A DNA stretch of 64,000 nt from Selaginella moellendorffii. Lineage: Eukaryota; Plantae; Lycopodiophyta. The translations under genes were made by a program, and so were the position numbers. Under the pieces are notes generated by a model. The model was not told the origin of the DNA and did no database searches. It saw only the letters and a list, made by a program, of their open reading frames with translations. The DNA lies in the NCBI RefSeq assembly GCF_000143415.4, contig NW_003314300.1:360385-424384 (forward strand), read 5' to 3'. Shown here piece by piece: positions 35,500 to 47,799 of the stretch (the stretch's first letter is position 1; each line of letters opens with the position of its first letter).

Positions 35500-36690
35500 T
35501 ATGAAGATTTATAATTCTTACATGCTTAAGAATAATCGAAATCCCTAGTAGTATAGTTATGAACTCTTTAAATTCAATATGACATATGATACAGTGGATT
35601 ACAGTATGTTATATATATAGTTAGTATTAGAAAATAGTATGCAAAGATGGATTTGTTTTTGTCACAACAAGAAATGAATTTACTTAATTTACAATTTTTT
35701 GTCCAAAAAAAATATTAATTTTTTTTAAAAAAATATGACATATATTTTTGTTGTAATCATTAATTAAAGCTTATAACTCGAGGAGTTAATACTTTTTGGC
35801 TCCATGCCTAAAATAAAATATGAAGATATATTTATATATTTTTAACACATACTTTAGTAGACCTTTCAATATAGTAATTATATATATTATGTAAATTAAA
35901 TAAATTTTAATATTACTTAATTCAAAATATATTATATAACTTGATAATTTTACTAAATCTTTCTATTGGTATTGATACCAAGATTTCTTTTAGGAAAGTT
36001 TTTGAATTTGACGTTTGATGTATTGAATATTTTTTATAATTTTCTATATTTAGAATATTTAATATAAAAATCATTAACTTTTGATTCTGTATATAATAAT
36101 AATAATGATTATATTAATTTAATTTTGATTTGATCAATAAACAAAATCACTATGGTGATTTGATGTGAATTTGAAGGTAATATTTAAATTTCTTGAGATC
36201 ACTCTTTACATAAATATAAATAAATAATAATTATTTTTATGCTGTCAGATGGGGTGCTTAATTCATAAAAGTTTTGCTAAATCAACTAAGCTTTAGCCCT
36301 TAAATAATAGATTTTTTTTAGATATTTAATTAAATATAACCTTCATATAGATTTTACTTGAAAAAACATTAAAGGTCATATTTATTTAATTATATTTCAT
36401 CATCTATAAAAAATAAATATCTAAATATTTAAATTTCTAATCTTTAAGAGAACATATTTTATGTTGTTTTTTTTGAAACTAAATAAAAGTAACTCATAAG
36501 CAAGAGTTTAATCAAAAATTAGTATTTTAGATTATTAAATTATTTATATTTATTAATATTTAATGAATATCGTCCAAGTACTTTTAATAATTTTTATGTT
36601 TTAAAAAATTAAAACTTCTTAGAATCGGTTATCTATTTTAAACATCAATAAATCCTCTATTTTAACTTATTTAAAAGGAAAACAAAATTC
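35500..36690. other. Very AT-rich non-coding island (probable decayed TE)
   Basis: Abrupt composition shift, no ORFs, CpG nearly absent. Confidence 0.5.
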
Positions 36691-36715
36691 TTGAGTTTCT
36701 ATTGTTTTGGGAGTG

Positions 36716-37554
36716 TCATCTCCTTCTATCATTGTCTCTTAATCGCCTGCCATCATCATCAACACGGCTCTCCCTTCTCGGAGATCTCTTCCGAGACTCT
36801 AAACGATGCCTTTCACCTCTCGACTCGTCGTGTCGATCGTGTTTCCACTTTGTCTCGTCGTCCGCTCCCCATCCAGTGTTCTTGTTCCTCTGAAGAAACA
36901 AGTTAAAGAGACAAATGTAAACATCTGAACGATTCAACTCACGTTTTCGTCGTGTGAGAACTTGCAGGAATCGCCCCGGCTACAGCTTCCGCGCTGGAAC
37001 TCGTAGCAAACACCGTTTTCTTCTCGTTTCTTCTGCCGCTCTTCCTCGTCTTCCTCTTCTTTCTTCCGATACTTTCTCACATGATCCACACGCAGCGTGC
37101 GTCCAGCGACTTGAGCTCCATTCAGATTATCTGTGCATCAAATCATCAATCAACCAGAAAGTTTCGGAAAAAATCCAGAGAAACTTACTCACCCACGGCA
37201 AGTGTGGTGCTTCGTTGATCTTCGTACGCGAGAAATCCATAGCCCTTTGATTTCCCGGTACCTTTGTCGCGAATTAAATTCACATCCACAACTTCGCCGT
37301 ACCTATCCCCCCCCCCCCCCCCCCCCCAAACAATCGATAAGAGCGAAGAAGCATAGAGATCTAAACGAAAGAATCACTTACTGTGCAAACACCGCAAGAA
37401 TATCGCCCTCGTTGAGCTCGTACGCTAGCCCGCCAAAGAAAATGTAGGCCGAATCCTTGTACTCGGCGTGCCAGGATGCAGACTCGGCGATCCCAGACGC
37501 ACTCTCCCGGGCAGTGATCTTCTGGAGATTCTTCACCTGCGTCAAGGGATTCAT
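36716..37554 (-). CDS. RBMX2: RBMX2/Snu17(Ist3) RES-complex RRM + CCCH zinc-finger splicing factor
   Basis: MNPLTQVK...SWHAEYKDSAYIF.GGL, YGEVVDVNLIRDKGTGKSKGYGFLAYEDQRST.LAV-DNLNG...RVDHV, CYEFQRGSCSRGDSCKFSH, RD/RS-rich tail. Confidence 0.92.
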
Positions 37555-37822
37555 CCCTCAAGAACCCTAATTTCAAGAACCCTAACACAAAGGGCAAAAG
37601 TGGGTTTATAAGAATATGCGAATCTTAGTTAAAGATTCGCCCTCCACTTTAGCTAACACGTGAGTGACGTACGGCGCGCTCGATCGTGGAGCTTTAAACA
37701 AAGGCTAGCTAGAACACGAAAAAAAAGAGACTAGAACGCGGCTAGCGCGAAGTCAAATAAATGAAAATGGAGGAGCTTCTCATTGTTTGTTCCTTGGATC
37801 TTCTCATCTTTCGTATAAGATC
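37555..37822. promoter_or_regulatory. Shared divergent promoter region with telo-box-like AACCCTAA x2, G-box CACGTG and TGACG
   Basis: AACCCTAA at 37563 and 37578, CACGTG at 37656, TGACGT at 37664, between two head-to-head ATGs. Confidence 0.45.
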
Positions 37823-38108
37823 ATGGCAGCGCAGCAGCGTTTACTTGCGATCATTCTCTTGGCGATCCTGGTGGGAATTTCGCTGCTAGCAAATTCCATC
37901 TCTGGAGCTGAAGCTCGTCCACTGGATCATCAAGGTCTGTGTGAACTTTTCACAATGTTTTCCCTTGAAGATCTTCCATACTTTGTTCTTCCCAGACGAT
38001 CACTATCGTTCTCTCGTCGAGGAAGACGGGGACTACGCACCGACGTCGAACCAGAGAGATTTCCAGAAGAGCCACGGACCTGTGTCTTCCAAACATCCTG
38101 GAAACTAG
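37823..38108 (+). CDS. Secreted DY-motif peptide precursor (#3), 74 aa; exons 37823-37934, 37996-38108
   Basis: Signal peptide ending AEA-RPL. Spliced C-terminus DDHYRSLVEEDGDYAPTSNQRDFQKSHGPVSSKHPGN*. Confidence 0.72.
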
Positions 38109-38186
38109 AGAGTAAGCTCTACACTGTGTCCATCCAGTACCTGGTTTTTCCTGTGAAAATCTATGTAGACTATTTCTTCAAGTGTT

Positions 38187-39116
38187 CTACAGTCCCAATT
38201 CCCTCTCAAAGTCGTCGTCCTCTTCAAAGAGTTTGATGAAGCGAGCCTGCTGTTCTTCGCGTTTCTTCTGCTGCCACTTCGTGTAGCCGACGATGCCGAG
38301 ACCCGCGACCATGAGAAAGCTAAAGAGGGCCACCAGCGCTGTGATCGCTGCTCTTCCATGGCCGGAAGAGGGAGCTTGAGGCTCGTCATTGCTAGAACCT
38401 GAGTCTGGAGCGTCTAGCAACAAAACGAAAGGAAAGTCATACAAGGAAAGCAAGCAAAGAAGGAAGAACTCTCACCGAGCGACTGAAGAAACGTTGCATT
38501 GAATTCACCCTTTTTGAAGTGGAAGTACCGGCCACTCTTGTCGAAATCGTCTGGGCAGAGCTCCCACTCGTCGAAAACGCCGTCTTTGAGGAACTCGTTC
38601 TTCTCATACACTCCACACCGCTTGCATCTCACACCGACGAGCGATGTAAGTGGCTGAAGTAAATAAAATAGACTTGGATGAGAACTCTAGAAAAGAAACG
38701 ATCGAAGCAAGCAGAAAAACTATCGAGACTAAAACTTGGATGAGAACTTTCGAAAAGAAGCGATGATCATCGCAGCAAGCAAAAAAAAATCGAGACTACA
38801 CTATTTGGAGCGAGCAAACTTACTTGCCAGGATTCATGGCCAGCAAATTTGTAAATCCGGTCCTTCTCCTTCACATCGGGCAAATCCACCTTGTTCTCGT
38901 CCCTACACTTGAAATACAAACTCGGCTTGTGCCCCAGCCATTCGTGCGTCCGGAAAATCGCTAGCGATTCTAGAGTAACATTCTGCGCAGAGACTCCTAC
39001 ACAAGAAAATCAACAATCTCGCCTAGAAATCGCCAGAACTATCCATCATACGCACCTAGGCAGCAGCTGATGATCTCCAGCGCGCACAGCGCGATCCAGC
39101 AGCGAAGAGCACCCAT
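38187..39116 (-). CDS. Conserved plant type-I membrane protein of unknown function, multi-exon
   Basis: Signal peptide, VTLESLAIFRTHEWL..P..YFKC...LPDV...ESWQPLT...CKRCG.YE...FDEWELCP...EFNATF, TM segment, WQQKKREEQQARFIKLFEEDDD.E.ELGL. Confidence 0.85.
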
Positions 39117-39218
39117 TCTCCTCCCAAACCCTAATTTCCCCGATATATTCTTTTAATATTCTTTAAGATTCTATATGAGCTGCCGCCTTGGCATTTGGCC
39201 AGCGTTTAGGGTTCCTCG

Positions 39219-40396
39219 ATGGAGCCATCGCCGACGATGCTGGATCCTGGCGTGGGAGTTCTATCCCCGGGCGTGGCTTCGGGCGCGGGGATCACATCCG
39301 GATTCCCGCAGTGCGTCGCGGCGACGAGCGCTGGCGCGGGATTCAAGCAGAACGTCTTCATCCTCCGCCACGGCGAGCGCCGGGACGATGTCGACAAGGA
39401 GTGGCTCGCGAATGCGTCGCGTCCCTGGGATCCGCCGCTCACCGATGCGGGTAAGAAGCAGGCCTGGAATGCGGGGAGGAAGCTCCGGCTCGCGGGATTT
39501 GAGATCAACAGAGTTTTGATCTCCCCGTATCTTCGATGCGTCCAAACGGCTGCCGAGGCGATCATGGCGCTTTGCGTGAATCAGACTGATCTGGGGAACG
39601 ATAGCAGCACTGGAGTTGTGATTGATCCCTCCAAGGTGAAGGTAAGCAAGCAAGAACTTTTCCTTTCTTCTCTCCCTTGTGCTTTTCGTCTCAAACTTTT
39701 TTCTTTTCTTCCTTGAGCTGCCTCTTGTCTTTCTGGGAGTGCTTGATCTCAAACTTTTGCTTTGTTTTCCATAGGCTTCGATCGAGTTTGGTCTCTCGGA
39801 GGTCATGAACAGCATTGCTATAAGATTTCCACGCTCCTCTCCGGATGTTCCTTGGATACTTGATCTTGGCGAACTCCAGTCACTGCTGCCCGCTGGAACT
39901 CTGGATGCAGTGGCACAGTCTATGTGGCCACAGGTACTGTTCTTTCGCTTTTCAAGGAGAAAAGAATTGATTTTTTCGTCCTTTTAGCTGCCAGAATGGC
40001 CAGAGGAAACCGAGGCTTCTCATGTGAGATACGGGAAAACTTTCCGAGCGGCCGCTGATAGGTTCCCCGGAGAGAACATCCTGTGCGTTACACACGGTAC
40101 TTTTCTATTCTTCTTGGCCCTGTCAACCGAGAAACGATAAGATCACGCGAAGAACTTTTCGTGTTTCTCATCATTGGTTTTGGTTTTGCTTGCTTCCAGG
40201 TGAAGGAGTCGCAGTTTCGGTGTCCCACTTGCAGCCAGTGCTGGTCTACGGCGTCGACTACTGCGCTTGCTCGCACTGGCAACGCACAGTCCGAGAGATC
40301 GATGGAAAGCTGAGCGCTGGCGAGTTCGAGCTTCGCACGGAGCCGCTCGAGTCGGGTGTTTTGTTCGGGGACGTTTTCAAAGAAGTTCCCGCGTAG
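39219..40396 (+). CDS. Phosphoglycerate mutase-like histidine phosphatase, multi-exon
   Basis: FILRHGERRDD, RPWDPPLT, SPYLRCVQTA, SIEFGLSE, ENILCVTHG-EGV. Confidence 0.9.
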
Positions 40397-40656
40397 AAGA
40401 GCATACAAAAATACTTGTACGATATTGGAATGGAGCCACGATTCCAAAGAATAATCTCGTGAACTTAATTACAAAGAATAATCTCGTGTTCTTGAAAGAA
40501 CCAAGTTTCCAGGAAGTAAAGTTTACTCTCTTTTAGTGGAAAGTTACGTTATAATCCATCAACGTAACAGCCACGGCAGCGTGAGAGCGTCCGTCCACGA
40601 CGTGAATCGTGGAATATCGAAGAGTTATTTTCAGCATTCGAGGCAGAGAGACGACT

Positions 40657-42147
40657 ATGGTGAAGAAGCGATGGGTCGGGAACTCGGTGGTGATCCTTCT
40701 CCTGGCACTCTTCTTCTTCCGAGAGATCATCGTGGACACTTTCTTCCCTCTTGGCACCTGGACGAGGACGAGTTCTTCCACAGACCCTTCACTCCTGATC
40801 CAAAGGTCTGCTGCTCTTCCCGTAGCTCCAGTCCCGCTGAGACAAGCCTTCGCAGGAAGAACTCTCAACGTCTCCGACCGTGTTCTAGAGCTAGCTCCTC
40901 CGGGGATTAGAACAGAGTTCGAGGAGAACAGGAACGTCGACGGCTATGGACTCACAGTCGTCAGAAACGCTTGCTTTCTTCCTGGAGGAGAGATCGTGTT
41001 AGTAAACATCACAGACGAGTACCTCAACCAGACGCTCTCGGCATCGCCCAAGCTCCAGGAACTCTGGAGCGCCGGTTACAATTCCACTTGCGGGTGGTGC
41101 CAGAAGACCGGTTCGCAGCTCTCGCCGGAGGCTCCAGAGGGCGCTCGGTGGATCCCCGGGAACACCACCCACATCCTTCCATACTTGGGGAACGTCTTCC
41201 ACAACTTTGCCGAGCGGATCTGGCCACACCTGGCGTCGCACCACCCCCCGCTCAACCAGACAGCCATGCAGCCGATCAATCACTTCCTGATCCACAAGTT
41301 CACCACCTGGATCGAGCAGGCCGACGCCGGAAACCACGAGCGCGAGAACTTCATGCTCCAGTTCCGGGTACTGGCCGAGCTCTCCCCCGGCTCGGACTTC
41401 GTCGTCATGGACTCGGCCGGCCAGAACCACCCCGTTTGCTTCGAGCGGATCACACTGTCTTGCTCCTCCTGCGACCGGATGTCCACCACCCTCGGCCACC
41501 AAGTCTTCTCGGCCTCCATCACCTCGTACCGCGAGGCCGCCTTTAAGTTCTTCGGCGTCCCGGAGCCAGCGGTCTCGGCTCCACCCCGGCCACTAAGAGT
41601 AGCGTTCTACGGCCGCAGTGACACGAGAAGACGTCGAGTAGCAAACGCTGGCGAGGTGATGGAACACCTCCGAGCTTGGGACAGTCCACCGCTTGATATC
41701 CTCTTCCTGGACGAGCTTCTTTCGGACAAGCGTTACAACCAGACCATGCCGGAGGCGGTGGCGCTCTTCTCACACACCGATGTGCTCGTCACTGTTCATG
41801 GAGCGAATACTTGGGCGACTATGTTCATGCCACGCCGTGCTGCTGTGATCGAGATATACGGCCCCTGCGGCCCCGGGACTTGGATCGACAACGTCGCGAG
41901 AGCTCTCGATCTTAAGCACGACACGACGTCGAATCCATGGCGAGACAAGGTGGCCTCTCCTCTGGCTGGAAACACCACCCAGTGTGAGGGAGCTATACAA
42001 ACTCCAGACTTCACCTTGGATACGATCAAGCTGGACGAGGCCATCGCAAAGTTGGCGCTGCCTACGGGGCCCTTGGATCGGATTCCACTGCACTGGTTAT
42101 ACGACTGGAAGAAACGAGCGTACGCTACTCACTTGGTGGAGGGGTGA
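40657..42147 (+). CDS. Glycosyltransferase family 61 (DUF563)-like type II membrane protein, intronless
   Basis: N-terminal TM, NVFHNFAE, VCFE, R..RRRVAN..E, DVLVTVHGANTWATMFMPRRAAVIEI. Confidence 0.8.
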   Translation: MVKKRWVGNSVVILLLALFFFREIIVDTFFPLGTWTRTSSSTDPSLLIQRSAALPVAPVPLRQAFAGRTLNVSDRVLELAPPGIRTEFEENRNVDGYGLTVVRNACFLPGGEIVLVNITDEYLNQTLSASPKLQELWSAGYNSTCGWCQKTGSQLSPEAPEGARWIPGNTTHILPYLGNVFHNFAERIWPHLASHHPPLNQTAMQPINHFLIHKFTTWIEQADAGNHERENFMLQFRVLAELSPGSDFVVMDSAGQNHPVCFERITLSCSSCDRMSTTLGHQVFSASITSYREAAFKFFGVPEPAVSAPPRPLRVAFYGRSDTRRRRVANAGEVMEHLRAWDSPPLDILFLDELLSDKRYNQTMPEAVALFSHTDVLVTVHGANTWATMFMPRRAAVIEIYGPCGPGTWIDNVARALDLKHDTTSNPWRDKVASPLAGNTTQCEGAIQTPDFTLDTIKLDEAIAKLALPTGPLDRIPLHWLYDWKKRAYATHLVEG

Positions 42148-42430
42148 CTAATCAAAGACGAGTTCTTTCGTGGTTTTCCTGAAAGCAGCCATTCTTTCAA
42201 TAAAGTTAACATCCAGATCTCAGGAAACGTTACCCATCGAAGTAGCTCTAGGAAGAACACTCAAAAAGAAAAGTGTGAGAGAGCATGAAAAAAACCAGAG
42301 TGTTCACAGGCACCACACGCTGTCACCAACAAAAAAAGAGCAAAAACACCGTCACCTCTTTACTGGAAGAAAAGGAAAACATGCCTGGACTTTTCGAAAG
42401 AAATTCTTTTTTTCTTTCTTTGATCAGCTG

Positions 42431-44170
42431 CTAACGCAGCGGTAGAGACCACTGCTCAACACGAGTAAAGCACCGGTTGCGAAGTGTCAGTGCTTCGGGG
42501 GAGCGATAGATGCCGCCCGACGAGAAATGGCTCGTGCATGACGATATATGCTGCGTTGAGGCTGCACGGAACGCAAAGTTAGAGAACACTCAAAGTTCAT
42601 GGATATGGCTTCTCTACTCACGTATCAATGTCGGGTGGCGTCAAGGGATCGAAAACCTCGTTGTTAGGATCATACATTGCATACGGATCGCCCTGGCAGT
42701 GGCAGAGAAAAACTTAAATCAAGCAAGAACAATGTTTTTCGCATTTACCGGTTGCATATAGCCTCCATATCCTTGGTAGCCTTGATATCCAGCATAACTA
42801 TACGTAGAGTCTTGGCCTTGTGTGTATCCATAGCCATCGTATCCATATCCATAATAGCCCTGAGATGGATCACCACCCCATCCAGCGGGATACTGTCAGA
42901 GAAAAATTATTTAGAAGAAGTAAAAACACCGAAGAAGAAAAAGAAAAACATCTGAGAAACCTGTTTATTTGCGGTTCTCCCCCACGACAATCTGATAGCT
43001 TGCTGCCTGATCATGGTACCATGAAGTTTTCCTAATGCTTCCTCGGCGCACGATCTGACAAACGAGTAAAAGGTTTTCTCTCAATACAAAGCTTGCAAGT
43101 GTCGGCAGTGCTACCTGTGAGTAAACTGGACAAATCCACAGCCTTTCCCCGGAGGTATCTTGACATAAACAAGCTCGCCAAACTCACCAAAAGTTTTCTG
43201 GAGCTCCTCCTCGGACACTGCGGGGTCCAGACCACCAACAAATATCTACCAGAAATAAAAGAGGAAGCATTAGAAAAGTGCAAGAGAGAAAAATTCTGCT
43301 GGACTCACGGTTGTGTTGTTCGGATCATTGTCGTTTGGCACATTCTGTAGAGGTGAAGTCGCAAAAGTGGTCACTGAAAAAGAGAGAGACGAAGAAAAAA
43401 GCTGTGAGCTACGTTGATAGAAAACGAAGAAACTCTCACCTTTTTGTGGAGCTGGCGCGCTCGGGATCAAAGCCTTCTTCGGAGTAGCTGCATTAATCCG
43501 CATGGGACGGCTGGAGCAGTAGATCCCATTCATCTCGGACATGGCCCGGACCCTCTCCGAGTCGTCGGCAAAGCGGACGAATCCATAGCCTTTGGAGCGC
43601 CCTGTGGCGACGTCAGTGACGACTTTAGCACCTCTAACAGACGGGTACCGCGTTCTAAACGTCTCCTGGAGCATATAGTCGGTCACGTCGGGTGCCAGGT
43701 CGCCGACGAAGATGGAGTTCTCGGGGCCTCCCTCGGGGCGGCGCTCGCCAATCCCAAAGTAGGCCCAGTTGAGGCGGAAGAGCTGCTCGGTCTGCGGCAT
43801 CTGGGTGCCCGTGAACGCCGTCAGCACCCTCTCGGCGCATGCATGCGACGCAAACTCCACGAATCCATACCCCTCGGGGAAGCCCGACGCCTTGTTCCTG
43901 ATGATCTTGGCGCTCACCAGCTGCTAGAGCAAGAATGCCGAGCGACGCGGTGCCACAAGCGCCAAGAAGAGCGAAGGATTTAGCAAAGGAAAGAAAGGGA
44001 AAACGAAAGAAAGAAGGCGATCGATGCATTCTTACCTCGCCAGTGCTGCTGAAGATGGAATTGAGGTAGCTCTCATCCATCCAGTACTGGAGATCGCCTA
44101 CCCACAGCGTCTTCATGTCGATCGGCGGCTGCTGGCTCCATTGCTGCGCGCTCGCGTCGGGCGAATGCAT
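42431..44170 (-). CDS. RBP47: Polyadenylate-binding RBP45/RBP47-family protein (three RRMs; RBP47B'-like tail)
   Basis: TLWVGDLQYWMDESYL, KIIRNK..G.PEGYGFVEF, IFVGDLAPDVTD, IFVGGLD...KGCGFVQF, IRLSWGR, LNAAYI tail. Confidence 0.92.
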
Positions 44171-46039
44171 CTCACTGACTGACCTAAAAGCACCCCTTGA
44201 CCTAAAACGTTAAAACCAAACGAGAAATAGGGAAACGGAAATGAAAAATGCTCTATCTTTTTACTATATTTTTATAGAGATTGAAAACAGATATTTAGTA
44301 AAGAAAATTTATAAATATATATTAATTTAATTAATTAATATAATATATAAACTATTTATTTGAAAATGAATATGGTCCATTTATTCTTGTTTATAAGCAA
44401 AAGTCTAAACCTTAACTAATATATCTATTAATCAATTACATTGGTGAAAGTAAGGGATAATAAGACAAAGTTTTTTTAACAATATTTTCCTTGATGCTCA
44501 AGATTGTGCCTTTTTTTTATTATTTTGTTCTAGATTTATGTTAGTTTTTTGTTAAATCTAGAATTATAATTATTAAATCTATTATTCCTTTTCAATCTTA
44601 ATTACATTTTTTTCCTACATCATACCATGTCATCATCAATCAAAAAGTATATCACTTAAGACTATTGATGTTACTTCATTAGATCAAGGTTTTAATATTA
44701 TGGGGTGTGATTATATTAATATTTTACCCAACCTTGATGTATTGCTATTATCATTTTATATGGGATGTGATTATATAACATTTTTTATTCTTGATGTCCT
44801 ACTATCTTTTATTGATGTTGAGTATGATTATAAATTTTAATGGGACTCACAACCAGAGAAATGCACCCAATTCAAAACTTTGGTAAAAGTGATTCAACCT
44901 TTGAATAGGGGAATATTTAATGCTAAAATTGATCAAACACTAATAAAAAAAAAAGAAATATTATTTTCTTTATATAATCTTTTCTGACCTTTTCATTTCT
45001 CATGTGTTTTTTTTTTCTTCCTCTTCTACATCATTTCCTTTTCCTATCATATCAATTGTTTATGACTTTTATAACATTCTTAGTTTGTTGTTGTGTGTTT
45101 TGTGTTCTCTTCATACTAATTTAGATGTTAAACATAATTAATTGCAAAGTTATGAATGGAAAATATTTAAAGATTGAACTTATGGGAAGATAATGTATAT
45201 TAACTCAAGTGGATTTTTAATATTGATAAATTACTTCAAAACGATAATAATCAATTGAAGACTTTATAGAGTAAGTGTCAATTTTTAAATTTATTATATG
45301 ATTCTTTCTTTTTGCCTTCTACATTTTTATTTTACTAGTGCTACTAAAAAGTTCTTTTATTCACTTGAGAATGTGGATTTTTTTTAATTTTCCCATCTCA
45401 AGTGTTGAATTTGATGTTTAGAAGGTTGAGTGTGTAAATATTTATTTTATAAACCTTTATTATCCAAATTTTTTGCTTAGATGGAATTTTTTATAAGAAA
45501 AAGTCCCTTATTAAGCTTTTAAAACTTATATGAAATAGATTTATTTTTAGCTAAGAAAAAGTCAAAATAATTATTATATACCTCAGTAACTTGTTATGCT
45601 TTTCAAAAATCCTTCAGCTTTTCTCATATCTTAAAAGAACTTCACATCCAAAAGAACATAAAAATAAAATTTTTAAATTCATAAATTTAATAAAAAGGAT
45701 TTTAATTATGTTTTGCAATTAACTCCTTTATATATTGCATCTCAACATAACAATTGTTAAAATGCTTCAAATTTTACAACACAACCATTTACTCATGTGT
45801 ACCTTAAAAATATATAAAATTCTAACCTAAAAACTCTTATGTTAAAACTTTATAAAGAAAATAAAAGCTTTCTTTTCCTTTTAGTTAAAAGTTGGTTGGC
45901 TAGCATACATTTTTTGAAGTATTTAAAAACCCACTATTCAAAAAAAATTTAAATAGTTTTTAAGGTCTTGTTTTGCATTCTTTGATATTCTTTAAAAAAT
46001 TAAAAAGGTTTTAATTCTCTTTTTGTTGATCTTTAAGAG

Positions 46040-47345
46040 TATATTAATTGCTAAAGTGTTAAACCTAACAGAAAATATATTTGTGTTACCCAAAAATTTT
46101 ATATATATTTTTTGATAACTGGACTTAGGATTTGAAGCCATAGTTAGTTGAAAACTAAATACACAATAAATCCCATTAATCACCACTTCTTTAATGGCAT
46201 TTAGTATTTCATGAACTTTATTTATAGGAAAATGCAAAATCATTTCACTTCCCCCTTCAAACTTTTTATAGTTGAATTTTTTATTAAAAAATTTCAATTA
46301 AATTTGGGAGCAAAAAGTAAAAATTGCATATCCAAATAAAACATATTTTTTTTACTAGTTAGATTGTCACATCAATGCTAAAGTGTATAATTTAGCACAA
46401 AATACATTTTTATTGTAATCTAAACCACTTTAAAAATTTTATATGTGTATTTTGATAAATGAATTTGGGATTTAAAGACACAGTTATTTGCCAACAATGC
46501 ATATAGTAAACCCCTTTAATTACAACTTCTATAATGGTATTTAGTGTTTTTTGAACTGTATTTGTAAGCAAATGAAAAATCATTTCACTCCTTCCTTCAA
46601 ATTTTTTTTAATTAAATTTTTCTTTAAAAACTTAAATTGTTTTTGGTTTCCAAGCCTAAACATTTAGGAGCATAAAACAAGAATTGCACATACAAATAAA
46701 ATATATTTTTTTTAATAACCAGTCTGTTACATTAGTGCCAAGATGTCTAATATAACACAAAATATATTTGATTGTCAGCTAAACATATATCAAACCCTAT
46801 TAATTACCATTTCTTTAATAGCATTTAATGTTTCATGAGTTTTATTTATAAGAAAATGAAAAATCATTTTATTTCTACTTTCAAATTTTTTTTAGTTGAA
46901 TGTTCTTTTTAAAACTTGAATTGTTTTTGTTTTTCAAGCCCAAGTTTCAATTAAATCTAGGAGCATAAAGCAAAAATTGCACATCCAAATAAGACACATT
47001 TTTTATACTAACTAGCTTATTACATCAGTGCCAAAATGTCCGATCTAACATAAAATACATTTATATTGCCCTCGAAACTATTCTAAAAATTTTATATATG
47101 TATTTTGATAAGTGAACCCGGGATTTAAAGTTATAATTAATTAACAAAACACATAGTAAACTCTATTAATCACCACTTTTCTAATGGTATATAATGTTTT
47201 ATGAGCTTTATTTTTAAGCAAAATAAAATCATCTCACTTCCCCCTTTAAGTTTTTTTTAGTTGAATATTTCTTTAAAAACTTGAATTGTTTTCATTTTCC
47301 AAGTTTAAAGTTCAATTAGATTTAGGAGCATAAAACAAAAATTAC
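46040..47345. repeat. Degenerate tandem array, four ~280-370 bp units
   Basis: AAAATCATTTCACTT..CCTTCAAA near 46236, 46577, 46860 and 47226; TTAGGAGCATAAA near 46304, 46665, 46958 and 47322. Confidence 0.8.
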
Positions 47346-47799
47346 AACAACAAAATTGCATCATTTTACATTTAAATTGTTATATAGGTTTATACAACAT
47401 TTTGTAAATAGTTGTGAATGATATATGAAGTTTTTCTATGATTGAAAATGCATCCCATATTATCTCTAAATGGAAAATAAATGCTCAACTAAATTAATAT
47501 ATTTATTATTTGAGAGCTTGGGATGGGCATAATGTAAGGGATTTTTGTTGAAGGCTCAAATAGGAGATTCAAATGGTAAAAAGTTAAGAGGAAAAAGATA
47601 CAACATGTTTACAAAGTTTCAAAATAATTTAATAATGAATATTGAAGATTTATGGCTTAAAAGTTTTAATAAATTTCAAATTTTGAGTATCACTTACGAA
47701 AAATAATGGGGGAAGGAAACAACATTTAAAAAATCTCATTAAAAATGAATGAAACACCATAGGAGTAATAAAATAACATTTTAGTGGTAACATTTGCAA

